From an uncultured Pelagibacteraceae bacterium (GTDB taxonomy: Bacteria > Pseudomonadota > Alphaproteobacteria > Pelagibacterales > Pelagibacteraceae), in the NCBI GenBank assembly GCA_902582875.1, contig CACHTV010000002.1:12024-76023 (forward strand): DNA of 64,000 bases, given 5' to 3'. The notes beneath the pieces were generated by a model that saw only the letters and a list, made by a program, of their open reading frames with translations, had not been told where the DNA came from and did no database searches. Each line of letters begins with the position of its first letter. Position 1 is the first letter of the stretch. The translations under genes and the position numbers were made by a program. Positions 60,115 through 64,000 of this stretch are shown one piece after another.

Positions 60115-61413
60115 ATGAAACTATTATTAAATATAATTTTTATATTCTTTTCTTTCAATATTTTAACAGCAGAAAATCACCTTAAATTTTTTATTGATTC
60201 TGCTTTAAAAAATAATTTAAAATTAAATGCAGAAAGAAAAAACCAACAATCAATAAAACAAAATATAAATATTTCAAGAAGCGAATTTTTACCAAGCATT
60301 TCACTTTCCGGAGATCAAAGTAGTTCTCAATCAACAAACAAAACTAATCAAAGCGGATCAAGTTTATCTGACTCTAATCTAGATACTGAAACAACAACTG
60401 TATCAGTAGATCAAAAAATATTTCAAGGATTTAAAGGTTATAACTCTTTAAAAAAATCTGAATTAGAATTTAAAAAAGCTAATTTACAACTTAAACAAGT
60501 TGAACAAGAAACGATTTTAAATACAGTGTCTGCATATTTTGATTTTATATTTAAAACTAAAAATGAAAGATTTAATTTATCAAATGTGAATCTATTTGAG
60601 AGACAAGTAGAGTCAGATAGTGCCAGATTGCAAAAAGGTGAAATTACTTTAACAGATTTAGCTCAATCCGAGTCTTCTCTCGCAGGAGCTAATGCAAACT
60701 TAATTAAAGCTACCACAGAACTACTTTCTTCAAAAACAAATTTTGAGAGAGTGGTTAGAGAAAAAGCGCCTAGTTCCATCAATACTAATGAAAAGGTTTT
60801 AGTTAAACTGCCTAACTCATTGAATGAAGCAATAAATATTGCAAAATTGAATAATTCAGATTTATTGATTGCTAAATTGAATTACCAGATAGCTGAAAAA
60901 GATTTAAATATAGAAAAAGCTAAACTATCTCCATCTGCATCAATCAACTACTCTAAATCAGAAAATAAAGATTACAGTTCAACAGTTGATGAACTAGATC
61001 AAGAAACAGTTAAAGCAACTATAAGTTGGCCAATAATCAAAGGAGGTGAAAATATTTCATCAATAAAAAAATCATCTTTGAAAAAACAAAGATCTTTACT
61101 TTTATCAGAAGATGCTGAAAATAGAGTTATTACTGACACCACTAATGCATGGTCTAATTACCAATCTTCTGAAAGTGTGTTATTAGCTACAGAAGCTCAA
61201 TTAAAAGCCGCTGAAATTGCTAATGAAGGAATTACATTAGAATATGACTCAGGCAACACAAGAACTACTCTTGAAGTCATTCAGTCTAGAAGCTTACTTT
61301 TAGACTCCAGAATAGCATTTGCCAAAGCTGAGAGAGATTTCATGATTTCTAAATTTGAATTATCCTTTCAACTAGGCACTTTATCTTCAAGTTCCATTAT
61401 TAGCTCTCTATAA
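60115..61413 (+). CDS. TolC-family outer membrane protein
   Basis: Signal peptide, SEFLPSISL, TVSAYF, GEITLTDLAQSESSL, GNTRTTLEVI. Confidence 0.88.
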   Translation: MKLLLNIIFIFFSFNILTAENHLKFFIDSALKNNLKLNAERKNQQSIKQNINISRSEFLPSISLSGDQSSSQSTNKTNQSGSSLSDSNLDTETTTVSVDQKIFQGFKGYNSLKKSELEFKKANLQLKQVEQETILNTVSAYFDFIFKTKNERFNLSNVNLFERQVESDSARLQKGEITLTDLAQSESSLAGANANLIKATTELLSSKTNFERVVREKAPSSINTNEKVLVKLPNSLNEAINIAKLNNSDLLIAKLNYQIAEKDLNIEKAKLSPSASINYSKSENKDYSSTVDELDQETVKATISWPIIKGGENISSIKKSSLKKQRSLLLSEDAENRVITDTTNAWSNYQSSESVLLATEAQLKAAEIANEGITLEYDSGNTRTTLEVIQSRSLLLDSRIAFAKAERDFMISKFELSFQLGTLSSSSIISSL

Positions 61414-61438
61414 ATCCCTATTTTAAAGGGTTTTTTAA
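61412..61438 (+). terminator. Hairpin plus T run after the TolC-family gene (also matches a motif at 52992-53018)
   Basis: AAATCCCT-ATTTTAA-AGGGTTTTTT. Confidence 0.5.
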
Positions 61439-61444
61439 TACTTC

Positions 61445-61472
61445 TTGCAAAAAAGAACAAAATGTGTACATT
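61445..61472 (+). promoter_or_regulatory. Putative recA promoter with alphaproteobacterial LexA box GAAC-N7-GTAC (61455-61469)
   Basis: TTGCAA-16-TACATT with GAACAAAATGTGTAC in the spacer and -10; matches the rhizobial SOS box. Confidence 0.75.
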
Positions 61473-61507
61473 TATTATAACGATTCGAAACAATAAAAGG
61501 ATAAAAA

Positions 61508-62611
61508 ATGAGTAAAAATAATTTAAAAGTTGTTAAGTCAGACAGCAAGAAAGAGCAAGAATTAAAGGAAAAAAATAAGTCTTTAGAGGCAGCCATTAGC
61601 CAAATAGATCAAAACTTTGGAAAAGGTTCAGTAATGAGGCTTGGACAACAACAAGCTTTAGATGTTGAAGCTATTTCGACAGGATCATTAAGCTTAGACC
61701 TAGCCTTAGGAATAGGTGGTTTACCAAAAGGAAGAATTATTGAGATATATGGGCCAGAATCATCTGGTAAAACAACGTTAGCATTACAAGTTGTTGCTGA
61801 AGCACAAAAAGCAGGCGGAATATGCGCTTTTGTAGATGCTGAACATGCAATGGATCCAGTATATGCAAAAAAACTTGGAGTGAAAACAGAAGAACTTCTA
61901 ATCTCACAGCCAGATACAGGGGAACAAGCTTTAGAAATAACTGATACATTAATTAAATCAGGTTCTGTTTCTGTATTAGTTGTTGACTCTGTTGCAGCAT
62001 TGACACCAAAAGCTGAATTAGAAGGAGAAATGGGAGATCATCATGTTGGTCTTCAATCTAGGCTTATGAGTCAGGCTTTAAGAAAATTAACTGGTTCAGT
62101 TTCTAAATCAAACACGATGGTAATATTTATAAATCAAATTAGAATGAAAATTGGTGTGATGTTTGGAAATCCAGAAACAACATCAGGTGGAAATGCATTA
62201 AAATTCTATTCATCTGTAAGAATGGATATAAGAAGAATAGGTGCAATTAAAGATAAAGATCAGATAATTGGAAACTCAACAAGAGTAAAGGTTATAAAAA
62301 ATAAAGTAGCTCCACCGTTTAAAGTTGTTGAATTTGATTTAATGTATGGAAAAGGAATCAGTAAAGTTGGAGAACTAGTTGATCTTGGTGCGAAAGCAGG
62401 TGTGGTTGAAAAATCTGGTGCTTGGTATGCATATAAAGGGGAAAAGATTGGTCAAGGTAGAGAAAATGCTAAAGTCTACTTGGAAAAAAATCCAAAAGTA
62501 GCAGCTGAAATTGAACAAGTAATTCGAGATCAAGCTACAGCAATTTCTAAAGAATTAGAAGGAAACCCTTCTCCAAACGAAAAAAATACCGAAGAAAAAG
62601 AAGATAAGTAA
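61508..62611 (+). CDS. recA: Recombinase RecA
   Basis: [35 protein letters not shown]. Confidence 0.99.
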   Translation: MSKNNLKVVKSDSKKEQELKEKNKSLEAAISQIDQNFGKGSVMRLGQQQALDVEAISTGSLSLDLALGIGGLPKGRIIEIYGPESSGKTTLALQVVAEAQKAGGICAFVDAEHAMDPVYAKKLGVKTEELLISQPDTGEQALEITDTLIKSGSVSVLVVDSVAALTPKAELEGEMGDHHVGLQSRLMSQALRKLTGSVSKSNTMVIFINQIRMKIGVMFGNPETTSGGNALKFYSSVRMDIRRIGAIKDKDQIIGNSTRVKVIKNKVAPPFKVVEFDLMYGKGISKVGELVDLGAKAGVVEKSGAWYAYKGEKIGQGRENAKVYLEKNPKVAAEIEQVIRDQATAISKELEGNPSPNEKNTEEKEDK

Positions 62612-62634
62612 CTTTTCTGCCATCTTAAAACTTT

Positions 62635-62659
62635 AACGGGAGATTTAATTCTCCCGTTT
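62635..62659 (+). terminator. Hairpin after recA (probable terminator, short U tail)
   Basis: AACGGGAGA-TTTAAT-TCTCCCGTT. Confidence 0.6.
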
Positions 62660-62787
62660 CCCATGAAACGACAACTAATAATTGATTCATTCAATATATA
62701 GTATGTAATACTCCTAGTTGAAAAATTAATAGTGTACAATTAAATCTATATCTAGTTCAATGTAATGTTCGTTAACAAGGAGGGAAA

Positions 62788-64000
62788 ATGAGCACACAAC
62801 AAGCAAAAAGCTCGAAAGTGTCTTCAGCTCTAGATACCTCTCATTTAAAGGTAAAATTTCCATTTAAAGCTAAATACGGCAACTTTATTAATGGTAAATT
62901 TGTAGAACCAAAATCAGGTAAATATTTTGATAATGTTAGCCCGATATCTAATGAGAAGATCTGTTCGGTTGCACGATCGAATGAAAAAGACGTAGAGGCC
63001 GCATTAGACGCAGCCCACGCTGCTTTCTCAGAGTGGGGAAAGACAGACATCACTACTAGATCAAACATTTTGAATAAAATAGCTGATGTTATTGAAAAAA
63101 ATCTAAACTTATTAGCAACTGCTGAATGTTTAGATAATGGAAAGCCAATTAGAGAGTGTATGGCAGCAGACTTGCCATTAGTAGTTGATCATTGGAGATA
63201 TTTTGCTGGAGTAATAAGAGCAGAAGAAGGATCAATCGCTGAAATAAGTAATAATCAATACTCTTACAACTTTCATGAACCTTTAGGAGTTGTAGGTCAG
63301 ATTATTCCTTGGAACTTTCCATTATTAATGGCGACATGGAAATTAGCTCCAGCTCTAGCAGCAGGAAACTGTGTTGTATTAAAACCAGCTGAACAAACAC
63401 CAGCGTCTATTAATGTTTTAATGGAACTTATTGGAGATTTGTTACCTCCAGGTGTTGTTAACATTGTTAGTGGTTATGGATTGGAAGCAGGTAAACCTTT
63501 AGCATCTTCTAAAAGAGTTGCCAAAGTTGCTTTTACTGGCGAAACTACTACCGGAAGATTGATTATGCAGTATGCTGCACAAAACATAATTCCAATTACT
63601 TTAGAGTTAGGTGGAAAATCTCCAAACATTTTCTTTGAAGACGTCATGGAAAAAGATGATGACTTCTTTGATAAGTGTATTGAAGGTTTTGTTATGTTCA
63701 ATCTTAACCAAGGTGAAGTTTGTACTTGTCCAAGCAGAGCTTTAATCCAAGAGTCAATCTATGATAAATTCATGGAGAGAGCTATTGCAAGAACTAAAGC
63801 TGTAAAACAAGACAATCCTTTAAAAATGGAAACAATGATTGGAGCGCAAGCCTCAGTGGAGCAAATGGAAAAGATTAAATCTTATCTTGAACTGGGTAAA
63901 AAAGAGGGCGCTAAAGTTCTAACCGGAGGAAGTGTTGCTAAACTTAATAGTGGATTGGAAAGAGGCAACTATATTCAACCAACTATTTTTGAAGCTACTA
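62788..64000 (+). CDS. Aldehyde dehydrogenase, AldB/ExaC/AcoD type (3'-partial; not in the ORF track)
   Basis: Manual translation: [62 protein letters not shown]; AAGGAGG SD; no stop before the window end. Confidence 0.95.
   Translation, partial: MSTQQAKSSKVSSALDTSHLKVKFPFKAKYGNFINGKFVEPKSGKYFDNVSPISNEKICSVARSNEKDVEAALDAAHAAFSEWGKTDITTRSNILNKIADVIEKNLNLLATAECLDNGKPIRECMAADLPLVVDHWRYFAGVIRAEEGSIAEISNNQYSYNFHEPLGVVGQIIPWNFPLLMATWKLAPALAAGNCVVLKPAEQTPASINVLMELIGDLLPPGVVNIVSGYGLEAGKPLASSKRVAKVAFTGETTTGRLIMQYAAQNIIPITLELGGKSPNIFFEDVMEKDDDFFDKCIEGFVMFNLNQGEVCTCPSRALIQESIYDKFMERAIARTKAVKQDNPLKMETMIGAQASVEQMEKIKSYLELGKKEGAKVLTGGSVAKLNSGLERGNYIQPTIFEAT

Noticed and set aside
62755-62770. GTTC..GTTC upstream of the aldehyde dehydrogenase as a LexA box
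   Set aside because: The spacer is 8 nt, not the 7 nt of the alphaproteobacterial box

Overview
AT-rich, densely packed, streamlined alphaproteobacterial chromosome segment. Gene content and order fit Pelagibacterales (SAR11): proteorhodopsin next to ferredoxin/FNR/GST/dksA, tol-pal-tilS-ftsH-folP-glmM, glyQS-ppdK-nadCA and recA. It is mostly core housekeeping genes, about 65 CDS and 3 tRNAs (fMet-CAT, Arg-TCG, Leu-GAG). I saw no CRISPR, transposase or integrase. The ORF track misses or misrepresents several features: (1) an rpsU (bS21) gene with no ATG/GTG/TTG start, apparently initiating at ATT behind a strong Shine-Dalgarno; (2) a class I fructose-bisphosphate aldolase broken by an internal deletion and frameshift, in an operon that also lacks gap; (3) a 12-bp duplication of the tRNA-Leu 3' end bracketing an 85-bp unit, with a tiny hydrophobic ORF after each copy; (4) a MOC1-like resolvase where ruvCAB usually sits; (5) a structured proteorhodopsin leader and a shared intergenic motif; (6) an aldehyde dehydrogenase running off the right edge. 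All calls come from reading sequence and motifs by eye; no database searches were run.
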